From positions 2,356,001 through 2,420,000 of the forward strand of contig CM030336.1 of the NCBI GenBank assembly GCA_017654855.1: a stretch of 64,000 nucleotides of DNA, in the 5' to 3' direction. Position 1 is the stretch's first letter; every line of letters begins with the position of its first letter. The position numbers and the translations under genes were made by a program. The DNA comes from Podospora anserina (Eukaryota). Below the pieces are notes generated by a model, which did not search any database, was not told the DNA's origin, and saw only the letters and a program-made list of their open reading frames with translations. Positions 48,818-62,209 of this stretch are shown here, piece by piece.

Positions 48818-49768
48818 ATGGCCGGCCAAGATAGTGACGATGAGATGTGAGTCTGTTTGTGAGAAACAGTTGAATGTGAAACTAATACTATCACAGTGTT
48901 CTCTCCTCCTCCGCCCTCGATGCACTGAAGGAGTTCTACGCCGAGCGCGATGCCCGGCAGGAGCAGTTCGCCAAGCTTCAGGCCAAAGCCGAAGAGCAGC
49001 ATGATTTGCAGCAGCAGAAGCTGTCGATGGAGGCGTTTGGGGAGGACTGGAACGAGTCTCAGTTTTGGGTCAGCATAGCTTCCTCTCAATGATGGTCAGA
49101 AATAAATGCTAACATTGTGAGAAAACAGTACTCGGACGAAACAGCAAACTTCCTCGCCAGACAGCTCCTGCTCAACGCAACACCAGACATGACGATTGGT
49201 GTCGTTTCTGCTCCTAGTGTTTTTGTGGCTTTGAAGAATATCTTGGTATGCTCTCTCTATTCCGTCTCTCCTTTCTTGCAAGATCACTAACAAAAGGAAA
49301 ATTAGAATGCTGCCAGCCCAGAAGAGCCCAAACCAAAGCTCATCCTCCTCGAACACGACAACCGCTTCGCCGTCTTTTCCGAGTTTTCCTTTTACGATTT
49401 TGCCCAGCCGACTAAACTCCCTGGTATGTTCCCCTTCCCCCTCCCCCTTTTTCCCTAACTAACACCCCTTAGCGCACCTAAAATCCTCCTGCGACCGCAT
49501 CATCTGCGACCCCCCCTTCCTCTCCGAAGACTGCCAAACCAAAGCCGCCATCACCGTCAACTGGCTCTTCAAGCCCACCGCCGCTGACGACAAAAAGCTC
49601 ATCGTCTGCACCGGCGAGAGGATGGAACCCCTCGTCAGCCGGCTCTACAAGTCCGTCGGTCTTAGAACCACAGACTACGACCCTGTGCATGCCAGGGGGC
49701 TAAGTAACGAGTTTTACTGCTATGCTAATTTTGAGAGTTTGGGGTGGAAGTGGAGGGAGGAAAAGTAA
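48818..49768 (+). CDS. EFM5: eEF1A lysine N-methyltransferase (Efm5/N6AMT2)
   Basis: Spliced exons give LSSSALDALKEFY, EDWNESQFWYSDETA, VSAPSVF, LEHDNRF, FYDF, ICDPPFLSEDC, CTGERM and HARGLSNEFYCYANF. Confidence 0.9.
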
Positions 49769-50194
49769 ATTCCCTACCTACTTTGTAGATATAGGTAGCA
49801 TGGCTTCATGACAGACAACCTTTCCGCATGTCTGGTAATGGTGCTTCAAAAGTGCGCTCAATGAACCACACCAAATCTATTACCCCTTTCCCAACCAGTA
49901 TTTCATATCAATGAATGCTTTTTATACAGTGCAAGAAGTGGTTTTTACAAATGCCGCTCCTTCCTTCATTGGAAGAGATCCCCGTACATCCATCCATAAA
50001 ACCAAATAAAACCACAACAATCCATTTTCGCCGGTCTCTTTCGCTTTCGCGGAAGAACAACAAGATCAAGAATAGCCAGCTAACAAAAAAAACCAACTAT
50101 CACTTCAACTCTGCGGCTCAAAAGGTCGGCCCCGTTCCATTGGACGATATGGAGACAGTCCAACCAGCTCTGCCTAAGAAACCCAGCAAGGTTC

Positions 50195-51986
50195 CTACGT
50201 CAACGACCTGACAATATAAAACAAGAGGTAGGCTTTTGCGTTGAGCACGTCCGACTTCTGGGCAACTTCCACCTTGTGGTCGTTGAAAGCGAACCACTTT
50301 CAGTCTTGTTAGCATTGCCATCTTCCAAAGTGAAAAGAAGGGACATACCTGATCACCAACCCGACAATACGACACATAATGCCCCGTATCAATCTCCCCC
50401 ACGTGCACCACCACACTCAACAAATCATACGTGCACTGCCTCGCCAGCTCGTAGCTATCTTTTGTGTCCCCAGACCGGCCAACAGTCGTATAAGGCAGCA
50501 TATTCAACTGCAGCGGGAACTGAACCGGGGTGTCGATCTTGGCTGCTCGCTCATGACGGCCTTGCTTGTACTCGAATCTCTATTCAAGTGTCAGTGGCCA
50601 CTTTCACTTGCTCGCCAAAAAAGGAAGGAGGGAAACGTACCTTCAGCTGAATCGACAGCACATTCGGCAACCGCTTGATACTCGTCTGTCTCCTCGCCTG
50701 CTGCGTCGAATTACATCCATTACACCTATACTCGCACTTATCAAGCTTGACATACTCCTCATCCAAGCACTCTTGCAGCGTCATCGTCCCCTTGCCCCCC
50801 AGCAGCTTCTTCCCTCCCTTTTTCTGCGTCAGATTCTCCAGCGGCAGACTCAAGTCCAAAAAGCTTTGTACTTGGTTCGTCACTCCCTGACAATTCTGGC
50901 ACGTTGTCTGCGTTTGCAGTTTACCATAAAAAGTCTGGTGGATGATGCAGTTACAGCTGTGCTCACTCCCAATCTCTGGTTTCTTCCCGTCACCGTTCCT
51001 CTCGTGCAGCTCCTCGGCCAAGAACTGGAAAAACTCGTGCGCGTCTTGCTCCTTGGTCGTGACGAGATTTTCAAAGGCTTTCCGCTCCGAGATCCAGAAT
51101 CCACTGAGGATATTGGCCGCCGTATAGCCATTGGTGTTTTCCACGGCGTAAAAGTCTTGAAACATGTCATCCATGGCGCAGGAAAGGCAGTGGGGGGTGT
51201 CGCAGCCCGAGTGGCCGTCGCTCAGGTAGTAGTTTCGGAGGATGGGGTTGTGAAGGAACGACTGGAGAACGACGTTTTGGTAGCAGGTGGCACCTGCGTT
51301 GTAGATGCCTCGGAGACCGTTGGCTTTGCAGGTTGCTGTCGTGGTGTTTTGGGAGATGTAGGCGGGGCTATCTTTGACAGGATCGGGCGAGAAGAGCTCG
51401 TCTTGCTTGCGTTTCCGTGCTGCAATAAAGATAAAGATTAGTTATAGCTAGACTGACAGACAGACAGAAAAGAGAGGCCATACTGTTGGAGAATGTGCTT
51501 GTGCCGAGTTTCTTCAGCCGAAGCTCTTCAAAGGTTGGGTCATAGACCATGTCGTCGCACATTTGGCAGTAAAGAGCGGCGCTTCTCGAGTCGACATAAA
51601 AACGGTGCGACTTCTTGTTTCCATGTTTTATTCGGTCTTCCTCAGTAACCGTTGATGGGCACTGAAGACAAAGATAGGTCGGTGTGAGAGTGGTGACAAC
51701 TTGCTGAGTGTCCACCACCTTCACCGTCTGGGAGACGACCGGGGTCTGGTCGAATATTGTACGGAGAATCATCTTGTAATGATGGATCGATGTGTTGGTC
51801 GTCACTTGATCTTGGTTGAAGAGCTTCTGTAGGTGTTCTATCGAGACACAGATGTTAGCAAACATCATGCAATTACACAGGGGACCGGAAGGACCTACCG
51901 CAACCGTACATGGGCTGGCCTTGCTGGGCTGCTTTGACTTTGTAGTTCTTGGGCGACGCCGGTGTGGCGGGCCTCGCGGATGACAT
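50195..51986 (-). CDS. UBP8: SAGA deubiquitinase (ZnF-UBP plus UCH domain)
   Basis: YLCLQC...H..H...LYCQMCDD zinc finger, Cys box GLRGIYNAGATCYQN, EQDAHEF, His box VVHVGEIDTGHY and AYLLFY. Four introns. Confidence 0.9.
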
Positions 51987-53136
51987 CTTGAATAGTCTTG
52001 GAGTCTATACGAAGTGATACACTTCCAAGCTGGTGTGGCTGGCTCGGTCGAGGGAACCCCGCGATTGAATAGGGGGGGAGGGGACACTGGCGAGATCAAG
52101 ATGCGCCAGGCACGGTTATCATGCGGCTGTTGGAGTTACAGACTTTTTCAGTTTCCGCGTTGGATCTTTTGATGACTTTTCCTGCCTCAAAGTACCCAAG
52201 AAAACTTGTCGGCAAGGGGTGGTCCAGAGGGGTCACGTCGCGAAGTTGGGATAGCTTTCAGGGTGCTTGGCCGTGTAAGTCGAACTTGTCGACCGGGGCT
52301 GGAAATGGTCTTATTGACCGTGGCGCGCGGCGATCAAAGCTCAATGGCTTTCACAGGGATTCAGAGTCAAAATATCGGCTTTCACTCTTTGTTCCGGTGC
52401 AATTCGACCGGGTCAAGGGTTCCAAGAAAGCTTTAAGCCACGAAAGTAAACAAAAGATGTTGGCTGCTGGGATTGTGCCGATTCAGCGATCTCAGTTGCT
52501 TCCACGGCAAGGCAGGCGTCCAACGGCCACACGGCTGGCTGGAAATTGCTTATCGCTATCCGCCCGCAAGGCTTATCGATACGCTGTGGACCCCTTCAGC
52601 TTTCCGGCGCTAATGTGGGATGTCACTGGATGGCGACATGCCGCCAAGACAGCATCAACATCAGCCTCGGCACAGCTGAGCTCTTCTCTTGCTTCTGGAA
52701 CTCATCTTCCCATTCATATGTTTTCGAGTGTATATAGGTGAATATAACAGTGTTAGTATGTCATCAACAAGGCTGAATGAGCTGACGAAACATATAACAA
52801 CATAAAGTCAACTATAACGTTGTGTTGTTCGTCATCTCATCTGGTATCAGAATCAAATTCCTCCATCCCAAATTTATTCAAGGTATCACCACTCCCGGCA
52901 GCTGAGTGAGACTCGAACAAAGCCCTGCAAAAAGCACCTCACATGTCCGTCCCCATGCCCGGGTAACTGTTACTTACTTTGCGTCTACCCAAAACCCGGA
53001 CATTGATCACCGAGACCACTTTACCCCGCAGCAGCCTTGCTTGATCCCCTAACCCCGCGTCGTTATCCCACTTATAAATCCCACCATCAAGCTCGTACTA
53101 TCTCAAGACCCAAAAGCTGGTTTTGGTGTTTTGGTA

Positions 53137-54210
53137 ATGCGCCTCCTCCCCCTATTCCTCCGCCGCCAATCTCACAACCTTCACCACCTTCACCACCACC
53201 ACGACAAAACCCACATCCCCGAACCAAATCCCCTCTTCAAAATGGCACAACTACCCCCTCTCCCAGAAGTAACCCTCCTAGCCCCCTCCATAACCCGCAT
53301 CCTAGCCGGCAACCCCTCCAAATTCACCCTCCAAGGCACCAACACCTACCTCGTCGGCACCGGCCCAAACAGAATCCTAATCGACACCGGCGAGGGAAAA
53401 CCAACCTGGATCACCGCCCTCAAATCCTGTCTCTCCTCCTCCTCAGGCGCCACAATATCAAAATGCATCATCACCCACTGGCACCACGACCACGTAGGCG
53501 GCATCCCCGACCTCCTCTCCGCCTTCCCCAGCATCAAAATCTACAAGCACAGGCCAGACTACCACAACCCGACCAACATACCCTTTTTGGACATTTCCGA
53601 CGGGCAAGAGTTTGAAGTGGAGGAGGGAGGAGGAGGAGGGGCGAGGTTAAAAGCGGTTCACACCCCAGGCCATACAGAAGATCACATGGTACTACAATAC
53701 TTTCCCCCCTCTTCATCTCAGCAAGAACAGCCCGGTCTTTTTACCGGGGATAATGTCCTCGGCCACGGGACCGCTGTGTTTGAAGACCTTTCTGCTTATC
53801 TCACCTCTTTGGCAAAAATGAAGAGTTTGGTTGATGGGAAGGCTTACCCGGGTCATGGGCCGGTTATTGACCAGGGCAGGGAAAAGATTGAGGAATATAT
53901 CCAGCACAGGCAGCAGAGAGAGGATCAGGTGGTCCAGCAACTGATAGCCTACCCTGATGTCGCTGTTGCGGGGGGGCAGGAGGGGAGTGAGAAGGGGTGG
54001 ACGTTGATGGGGTTGGTGAGGGTGATTTATAAGGATGTTCCTGAGGCGCTTCACGTACCGGCTGCTGGGGGGGTGGTGCAGATTTTGAAGAAGCTTGAGC
54101 GGGAGGGGAAGGTGAGGGTGTTGGAAGAGAGGGGTGGTGGTGAGGAGGATAGGTGGGTGTTGGTGGGACGGCAGGGGGTAACGGGCTCGGGCCGGGGATC
54201 TGCGCTGTGA
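53137..54210 (+). CDS. Metallo-beta-lactamase-fold hydrolase, LACTB2-like
   Basis: GNPSKFTLQGTNTYLVG, LIDTGEG, THWHHDH, HTPGHTEDH, FTGDNVLG and YPGHG. Second in-frame ATG at 53242. Confidence 0.9.
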   Translation: MRLLPLFLRRQSHNLHHLHHHHDKTHIPEPNPLFKMAQLPPLPEVTLLAPSITRILAGNPSKFTLQGTNTYLVGTGPNRILIDTGEGKPTWITALKSCLSSSSGATISKCIITHWHHDHVGGIPDLLSAFPSIKIYKHRPDYHNPTNIPFLDISDGQEFEVEEGGGGGARLKAVHTPGHTEDHMVLQYFPPSSSQQEQPGLFTGDNVLGHGTAVFEDLSAYLTSLAKMKSLVDGKAYPGHGPVIDQGREKIEEYIQHRQQREDQVVQQLIAYPDVAVAGGQEGSEKGWTLMGLVRVIYKDVPEALHVPAAGGVVQILKKLEREGKVRVLEERGGGEEDRWVLVGRQGVTGSGRGSAL

Positions 54211-56733
54211 GTGAGGCCGGGTGAGCCGGGTGGGTGGGTTCCATGGTTTTGGGAACCGTTCTGTCGGGTTTGAAAGGAAAGTGCGAGAGAGGGAGGTTAA
54301 TGAAGTGATGAGGTCATGATGGTGATGGCTTGGCGCTTGAGAAAGAGTGTGGTGTTGGATTCAGCCTTGTAGCGTTCTAGCATGTTTCCTTTCTGGGGGG
54401 GAAGACTGTGGAGGATATCATTATTACAGCAGTGAGTGGGTTACTGTTGTTAGAGATTTGCTGAAGATCCAACGACTATCAGATACTCTTAGGTAGCGCC
54501 TGGCGTTTTGCCTCGCTCGAATTCTCATGTTCTTCATGCACATCTTGATGGTATACCAAGACATCTATGTAGAGATGTTCAGCAGCAGAGGCTAGAATAA
54601 TCACACAGTACGAACATCTACATGGTACAAAAGAGTACCTCGCCAAGTTTGCTTGGGTTGTGTTTGTATAAATGCGATGTCGATTCGGCACTCGGGAAGT
54701 TCGGAGTCCGCGGTCTTCAGTGTTAGTATCAAGTCATCAGGAGGTCAAAATTTGCGAGTTTTTTGTCATTTTTTGGGCCAGTTATCCATGTACGGTGGCT
54801 GGACAAGTGCTGACATGAGGACTACCAACAAACAGTGATGTTCGCATGTGGTTGCTTGACCCTGTTGGTTCTGCGATAGTCCGGCGTATTCAGATCGTAT
54901 TAAGAGCTGCACAAATCCTTCTGTCGGTATCTCTGGCTGCCGACGCCGGGAACGGTGTGAATGATTTTTTTGGTGGACGAATCGGAGTTTATAGCAGTCG
55001 AGGTCGACGATGACGGATAGCGCAAGAAAGAAGTGAAAGACGCTGCCGGGGTATTCCCCGTCGAGTCATCCGGAACCCTGCATTCTGCAAAAGATCGAGA
55101 TAGCACCACCACAGAGTTTTGACGGATTTCCAATCATGTCGTTGGGTAGAAATGAGCTGAATTGATAGCTCGATATGATAGTTCTCTTTGCTGATCTGGT
55201 CTCGCATTTCCCATCCCATCAAAAGGGGCAACTTTCTGGGAGATAGCCTCTGTTCTGTTTGCGTATCAAAAGGCCAGCCACCAGAGAGGGACAGTTGGTC
55301 GGGCTCTTGTCTCGAGTCCGAGCCCGCGAACTGATATCGTGGTCTCCTTGAGCAGATCGTCGATCTGGATGAGGCCGTCACGGCTTTTATGCGCCGAGAC
55401 TCGGTAGAGCGGCCCCGAGGGTGGTATCGGGCGCAAAAAAAACGTGAGCGGGAGTTGGCGTTGTCAGTTTCTGTTTCTCATCATGTGGGGCAGATCCTGG
55501 ATGGACAAATGTGGAGTAAGCCGATGGTTGGCGATGGAGGGGTTCAAGGGCTTCATGGAGGGTGAAGAGCGTCCCGGTTTGTCCCTATATGGCCTTTGGT
55601 AATACCTGTGGCCTGTAAACTTTTCATTGAATACAGCCTCATATAACTTTCCGCTGGACGAAAAGAAGTTGCGCAACTTATATGATATCTGTCTGGTGAA
55701 AGAATTTACACTGTGGTGTAAGCTGTGGGTTGGGTGAGGTGAACCGCCAAGTGCCAACGGTTAAGACCCCGCTTGAAAACTGATTCATCAGCCTTGTAAG
55801 CTGAGTATTAACTCCGGTCTCACGACCAACGAGCTAGGGAGATATCGGCAACATATTGTACCGTCATCAAACCCTGGACGAATGAGAAGAACTATTCGCG
55901 CTCTTTCGTATCTGTAGCCAAGTGAAAAGCCACCAAGTTAGGTATCAGAACCGACCACATGCCACAGCTGTGACACCCAAGACTAACACCATCTCCCTTC
56001 CCCCAAGGCTGACTCAAAGAATCGCACGAGGGCCTGCCACCTGATTGGATAGCGTTCATGATGCGGTGACATGGTCGGGGGCGTCTGTTGAAGATGACTC
56101 TCCACACAGTGCAGCGTCACTGTGGACCCTTCATCGACAACCTTCCACGACGCCCAGCCCCAGAAAGGCACGAGAAGGCTCGGATGTGCCGGAGTTGATG
56201 AGTACAAGCCGTGGAAGTGACATATGGAAGCCGCTTCGCTGCAAAGACCGAGCACGAGTAGAATCGAGGAGAACACTTGCCCATCTTGGCCCCAAGAAAG
56301 AGGTTGGAATTACACATCACCATGTCCTTGTATACCGGATCAGGGAAAGAGCTATGATGGGTCCTTTCTACCTCTACATGAAGCTTGCAATGTTTGGAGC
56401 TTCCTTTATAAGGTCTCTCAGGCCACAACCTGTCCACACCCTCTAGTTCCGGAACGGTCTGTTCCCCAGATCAAACCACACCAGTCTTTGTCCTTCATCT
56501 GATCCGATACCTTGGGTCTGGATTCATTGGGTCGAACTTGATTCCATTTTTATGACGATAACGGCACTTTTATCCCATCTTCAGCCCTTGAATCAGAATT
56601 CGCTATTACAACAACATCCGCCTACACGATATCATATTCAACGACCACATACCATTGACCAGCATCCATTAGCCAGCATCACCTCCTGGGGACTTCGAAA
56701 ACAGCGTGTTATGTATAAGCTAGGAGAGTCCAG

Positions 56734-58600
56734 ATGATGGCACATTTGAGATCACCTGGTATCCTCATGCCAGCCCTTACGGGCTGGGTAATCCTCAGCC
56801 TCGCCCGAGGAGCCCTCGCACATGGGGGGCATGGCGGCATGGAGATGACAGAAGCCGACAAGCCTCTCCCAGAGGATCAATACCCACCGACATATTTCGC
56901 CCATCCGGACCACAAAGCGGCTATCTACGGACATATTATCTTGATGGTTCTGGGTTGGATGTTTGTACTGCCCGCAGCTGTTATGCTATCCCTTGCTCGC
57001 TCAAGATACACCCTCTATGCGCAGTTCAGCTTCCTCGCTTTAAACACGGGTGGCATGCTGTTGGGCATCGTCTACAACGCCAGTACGCCGGATCTCTACC
57101 CAAATAATGCCCACCACAAGATCGGATGGATCGTCACCATCGCTGCCGTATCCCAGGTGGCCATTGGACTTTTGGCACGCGTGGCCGGCATGATGAAGAG
57201 GGGAGAGCTGGGCAACGTGAGGGAACGCCAGGGTTTCATCCCCGTGTCGACTGAGGCCATTCAAGCCCACGAATCAGGATTTCCTGGTCCCTACCGTCGG
57301 TTTTCCCATGACAGCGGACAGGGCACAGAGCTCGGCTCGGAAACTCTCCGCAGTCACTCTATCTCGTCACCTCCAACCTCCCCCACTATCCCTTCACATC
57401 TCGCTCACAAAGAGTACCAACATGACGACGGTTTTGAGGACGAAGATCTCGAGCACAAAGTGCCATCGTTGAAAAAGACTGGCAAGGCTCTCTCGATGGT
57501 GGCAAAGGTGGCTGGCAAGATCTCGGATCGCTTCTGGAAAATCCTCATGTTTGCCTATAACTTTGTTAATCGGACGATTCTTCTCCTTAGCTTCATTGCA
57601 CTCTGCACAGGGGTTACCACCTACGCCCGATTCTTTGTGAGTTTGAAAGTCTTCTGGTAATAGAGAATAGATGCTAACCATGATGATAGGAGGGCAACGG
57701 GATCTTTAGTGGTCTGGCACATTGGATCAAAGGGGGTGTTTTTGTCTGGTTGGGATGGTGGACGCTCGCTCGTTGGGCTGGCAGTTTTGGCGATCTTGGA
57801 TGGGTAAGACCTCTTGCTTTTTTCAAGTCTGTTACCCCTATTCTAACCATGTTTAGGCTTGGAATGTCCGTCCGAAAAAGGCGGGCCAGAAATGGTGTCC
57901 TTCTGCCGAATTCGTCGAAAGTGCCCTCATCTTCTTTTATGGATCGACTAACGTCTTCCTCGAGCATCTCGGCAATTGGGGTGGTGAGTGGTCCTCTCAA
58001 GATTTGGAACACGTCTCTATTACGGTCTTGTTCATTGGCGGCGGCCTCTGCGGTATGCTCATCGAGTCGATACGCATTCGCAATCTCTTGAACTTTCATG
58101 TTGTCGAAACCGCCCAGGAGGATCACATAGACAGGGACCAACTCCGCGAGCCAGAGACATACGCCTTTTCTCTCAACCCCATACCGGCTCTTGTGATCAT
58201 TCTCACGGGCCTGATGATGAGCTCTCACACACAAGAGAGCATGATCTCGACCATGGTCCACAAGCAATGGGGCGATCTCATCACTGCTGCGTCGCTTTCC
58301 CGCGGCTTGAGTTATGTTGTTATGTACCTCAAGCCGCCCAAGACGATTTACCCCTCGAGGCCACCAACGGAGTTGTTGACGGCTTTTGGTCTTACCGCTG
58401 GCGGTTTCATGTTCATGGCTAGTTCCAGTGACACGGTCGACGGCATGATCCACTATCAGCTCAACCCGATGTTCATGTACACGGTTACCATGGGCTTCGT
58501 TGCGTTGATGATGGCGTGGGTGATTTTGCTGGTGGCGTTGAAGGGGTGGGCGGAGAAACGGGAGGCGGCGGGTAGGTTGACTGGGAAGGCGTTTGCGTGA
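56734..58600 (+). CDS. Ytp1/YCR061W-like polytopic membrane protein (DUF2427 plus Ytp1)
   Basis: Signal peptide, HIILMVLGW, DLYPNNAHHKIGW, LAHWIKGGVF, NVFLEHL, DLEH, MSSHTQ, VHKQWG and SRPPTEL. Three exons. Confidence 0.85.
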
Positions 58601-59653
58601 AACGGTCTCTGCCTGCTGATCTTCTCATGGAGATAAAGGAGAAGGCTCAACCACGACGATGGAAAATGACGATGACCATGTGTGGAAGAAAAGAAAAGTT
58701 GGAGGAAGTTCGGTTTCGGAAATTCCTTTACGTCGCTTCCAGAGATACCCCGTTTTATACCACCTTTTTGGAGACTTTTATGTTGCATCACACGCTCTCT
58801 TGATTTTTGTACACTCGTTCACAGTTGATACCCTTTACATACATACATACGATCGTTGGAATTCGTTTGGGGAATGGGGGGAATACATGGATACAGGAGT
58901 GCTGGATGGATGAAGAATATGGCTATGATACAGGCGTACATGATTTTGATTGGGGAAAGAAGGGGCAAGGGGAGCAAGTAATGACTATTGCTTAATGGAG
59001 TTGGGTTGTTTTAGGTATATAGATGGGGATTGAACAAGGGGGTTGGTTCACCTCTGTCTATACTGAAATCAGATGACGAAGGGGCTTTGTGAGTGGTGGT
59101 GTGTAAATGTCTGATGTGCTCAAGGGGTAAAGGGGTAACGTTGCGATATGGCTATGTGGGGTTGTACAATGAGTTGGACCAAAAGAAATAAACACACTTG
59201 AGGGAGGCAACCAGGCTACTACTCCCCAAAGTGTTGAACGCCACGACACTCACCTTGACATGCATCTTGGCTTGCACCTCACTCGCACATCCAGTGTGGT
59301 TTCTTACCAAATTAAACTTTCTATTTCAAACGCTGATACCAGAAAAGGATATACAACTACCTGCCAATGTCCGATGCCACAGCAATCTCCGCGTAAAATA
59401 ATACAGGGATATCAAAAAGAATAAAACAGAACAAATGACGAAGCGGAGTGACTTTTTCCCAATCCTATACCCTTCCTACCCCCCGTGTCCTTTCCTAACC
59501 AGCTCCCGTTTCCCTGGGTATAATTGTTCTTATACACCACCCTTTTCCTTTTCCAACCCCCCCCCCCCAAAAAAAACCATTCCTGCTCAGTCTATCGAGC
59601 CCTTCCCAACATATTAAAAATAAAGAAAGCAAAAAACAAACACAAATCAGACC

Positions 59654-61662
59654 TCAATCATCAGGGTAGTACTCCTTAATGTTGGAAACAAACCGACAAC
59701 TCTCCCGATCAAACCTTTTAAAGAACCTACCCGCCGCGATAAAAAGCTCCTCTGGAATTTCAGCCGGATCCGTGATAATCTCCACATTCTCCTGCGCAAT
59801 TCTGAGGCGACAATACGCCGGTCTCCTACAACAAATCAGTCACACATTCTCAAAAAAAACCGGGAGCATGGCGTTGCGCGGGGGGGCAACTTACACGCAA
59901 GTATAAAAAATCTTGTCAGTCGGCCGCCGGCCATACCCCATCTCGGAATACATATCAAATCTTCCACCTTCCACCCTTGCATCCTCATGCGAGACCGTAT
60001 GCGGATCCGGCAGCATCATATTCTTGCTTCTCCACCCGTTGATAACGCCCACATACCCGTACCTCTTGTGCCTAAAAACCTGTCCAATCTTGTAGTGCAC
60101 CGACCGCTGAATGTCCTCTGTGTACCTTCTATGACACGCTGTTGACCCCCGGTTGTCGAGATTGTTCATCATTCGGATGATATCCGGAACGTGCTGCCAC
60201 CCAACGCGGTCATCCATGGCCATAGGCTGGCGTTTGAGGAACGAGTCGTACGCTTCGTACACGGGCGAGAGATACTTCTCGAGGATCCATAAATCTTCTG
60301 ACCAGTGTTGTGAACATTCTGCCAGGAGCCTGGACAGGGAGTCGCTCCACCGAAAGGTGGCTGGATCCTTGGTCATGAGGTCAGCCCACATGGCGGCGTA
60401 TTTGGCTGTGTTGAGGTTGCGAAGAGGAATACCGGTACGGAGGCGGCCGGTAGAGATGATCTTGGGGTCGTTTTCGGGAAGCGTGTACACCTCAGCCCAT
60501 GAGGCCTTGAGGTTTTTTGCCATTCGCTGGACGATGATGGGCACGGGCGACGGCTGGAAACTGGCAGAGTCGTCGTCGCTTTCCCAGCCATGTTCGACTA
60601 ACTTGGCGCGAAGGTATTCGATGGGCACCTCGTGATCTGAGGTGAAGGGATCGATGTACATGCGGTGCAAAGCTGTCGGTCGCTTGTTGCTCCACACAAG
60701 CTCGCCGTCCAGGTCTTCGCCGGCGGGCGGCTCGACGCTGACATAGGCATGACCTGGGAAGTTGAGACAGGCGGCATTTATCCCCAACCGTTGGGCCACG
60801 CAAACGAAGATGGCAGCCGCAACCAGGGGGAGCGACGCGTGCTCCCTTTCGGATAGGACGTGTCCAATAAGGCAGTACTGCAGATTGCGATACTCGCTGA
60901 TGGGGAACTCGGCGCCAATGTAATTCTTGAGTCGAAGCCAGCGCATCAGGTTAATGGCTTTGTCTCTCGTGTTGAACCTTTTGGAATGTGGATGCTCCGT
61001 GATGTATTGGATGGCGTACTGATCAAGCGTCCGGGCGATCTGTGGAAGCTATTAGCTATAAGCCTAGTAGAGCTATAGGAACAACTTACGTAGTTAAGAT
61101 CATGATCCTGGCCGTGCAAGACAAACATGTCAAAAGCCCCCAGCGCAGCATCGAGATGTTCCCTGCTGTTGAGACGCCCTTGGTAACTGAACCATACCTC
61201 CACTGCTAGTCCCCTATGAAGACTGTCCAAGGTGGCTTGCGCCCAGTACTTCTTCGCCAACACATACTCGTCCGAGTCGTCAATGTAGCGCTGATCCAGC
61301 AAGTAGTCCTTGACATCTAGCCCAAGCTCACAGATGGCTGCTACCCTCCTGGCCTGACCTCTGGTGGTCCTCACGATACCATCCAGCCATCGTTCCACCC
61401 GAAAGTTTGTTCTCCGCCTCTTCAGCCACAAGTCCTTCCAGCCAACCGAAGAGGCTCTGGCTTTGAGCTTCTTCTCGAGGTTGTGTCTCGCATCCCAAAA
61501 GTGGAAACAACGCAGACAATAAGTTCGCCACAGCAGGGGCTCGTTCGCGATATTATGTAGGCGTCGTGATGCTAGCTGGAAGTTGCGGAGGTTGTCTTCA
61601 GCAGACACAAAGTGAAGGACGTGACGGATGATCTCATCGGGGAAGTCGGAGAGTTGAGCCAT
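59654..61662 (-). CDS. F-box, transglutaminase-like and YccV/HspQ-like domain protein (FBXO21-like)
   Basis: N-terminal F-box LSDFPDEIIRHVL, SLPLVAAAIFVCVAQRLG..NFPGH..YIDPF, and YKIGQVFRHKRYGYVGVINGW..AQENV..GRFFKRFD..EYYPDD*. Two introns. Confidence 0.85.
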
Positions 61663-62202
61663 CGCAGTGTAGTTTCGAGGGCGATCTGGCGGAATTCTCT
61701 TATGTGGTTCGGATGGTCGGAGGGAGCTCGAGAGGGAGCAGCGGCGCGCGATGATTCAACCTGGGAGCGCTTTATACCAGTGGCGGCCGCTCATACACGG
61801 GAGTCTCAAAGACGGGGATGCTCTGGAAGAGTTTGAAGTCATTTGCCATTGGCAAACCTTACTTTGCTAGCTTTCAGGACTTGCGCAGGCGCAAAGCGCG
61901 TCATCGCCGGACCGGCCTCATGTAGAATTGCTTATCAGTGGTAATTAATTTCTCGATAGCGCAGCGGTTGGGTGGCCCGAGCTCCTCATTCCTCAACGTT
62001 GTTGGGGCCCTCAGGTCTGTTGCGCAGCTGCAAGACATGGAGCCCCGCCCACCAAAAACGTCCCAGCCGGCAATCCCTGGCCGGTATCCCCTATCGACCG
62101 CGGGGTAGCAGTCAAATTTACTGGAGCCCCTCCACCACCGCCCACCACCACGCCGTTCTGCTTCCCCGTCCCTTGTTCTCGTCTGAAGTTGCTCCCGGAC
62201 CG

Positions 62203-62209
62203 TGACTCA
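62203..62209. promoter_or_regulatory. Candidate Gcn4/CPC-1 element (TGACTCA)
   Basis: Perfect consensus 160 nt upstream of the ThrRS ATG. Confidence 0.55.
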
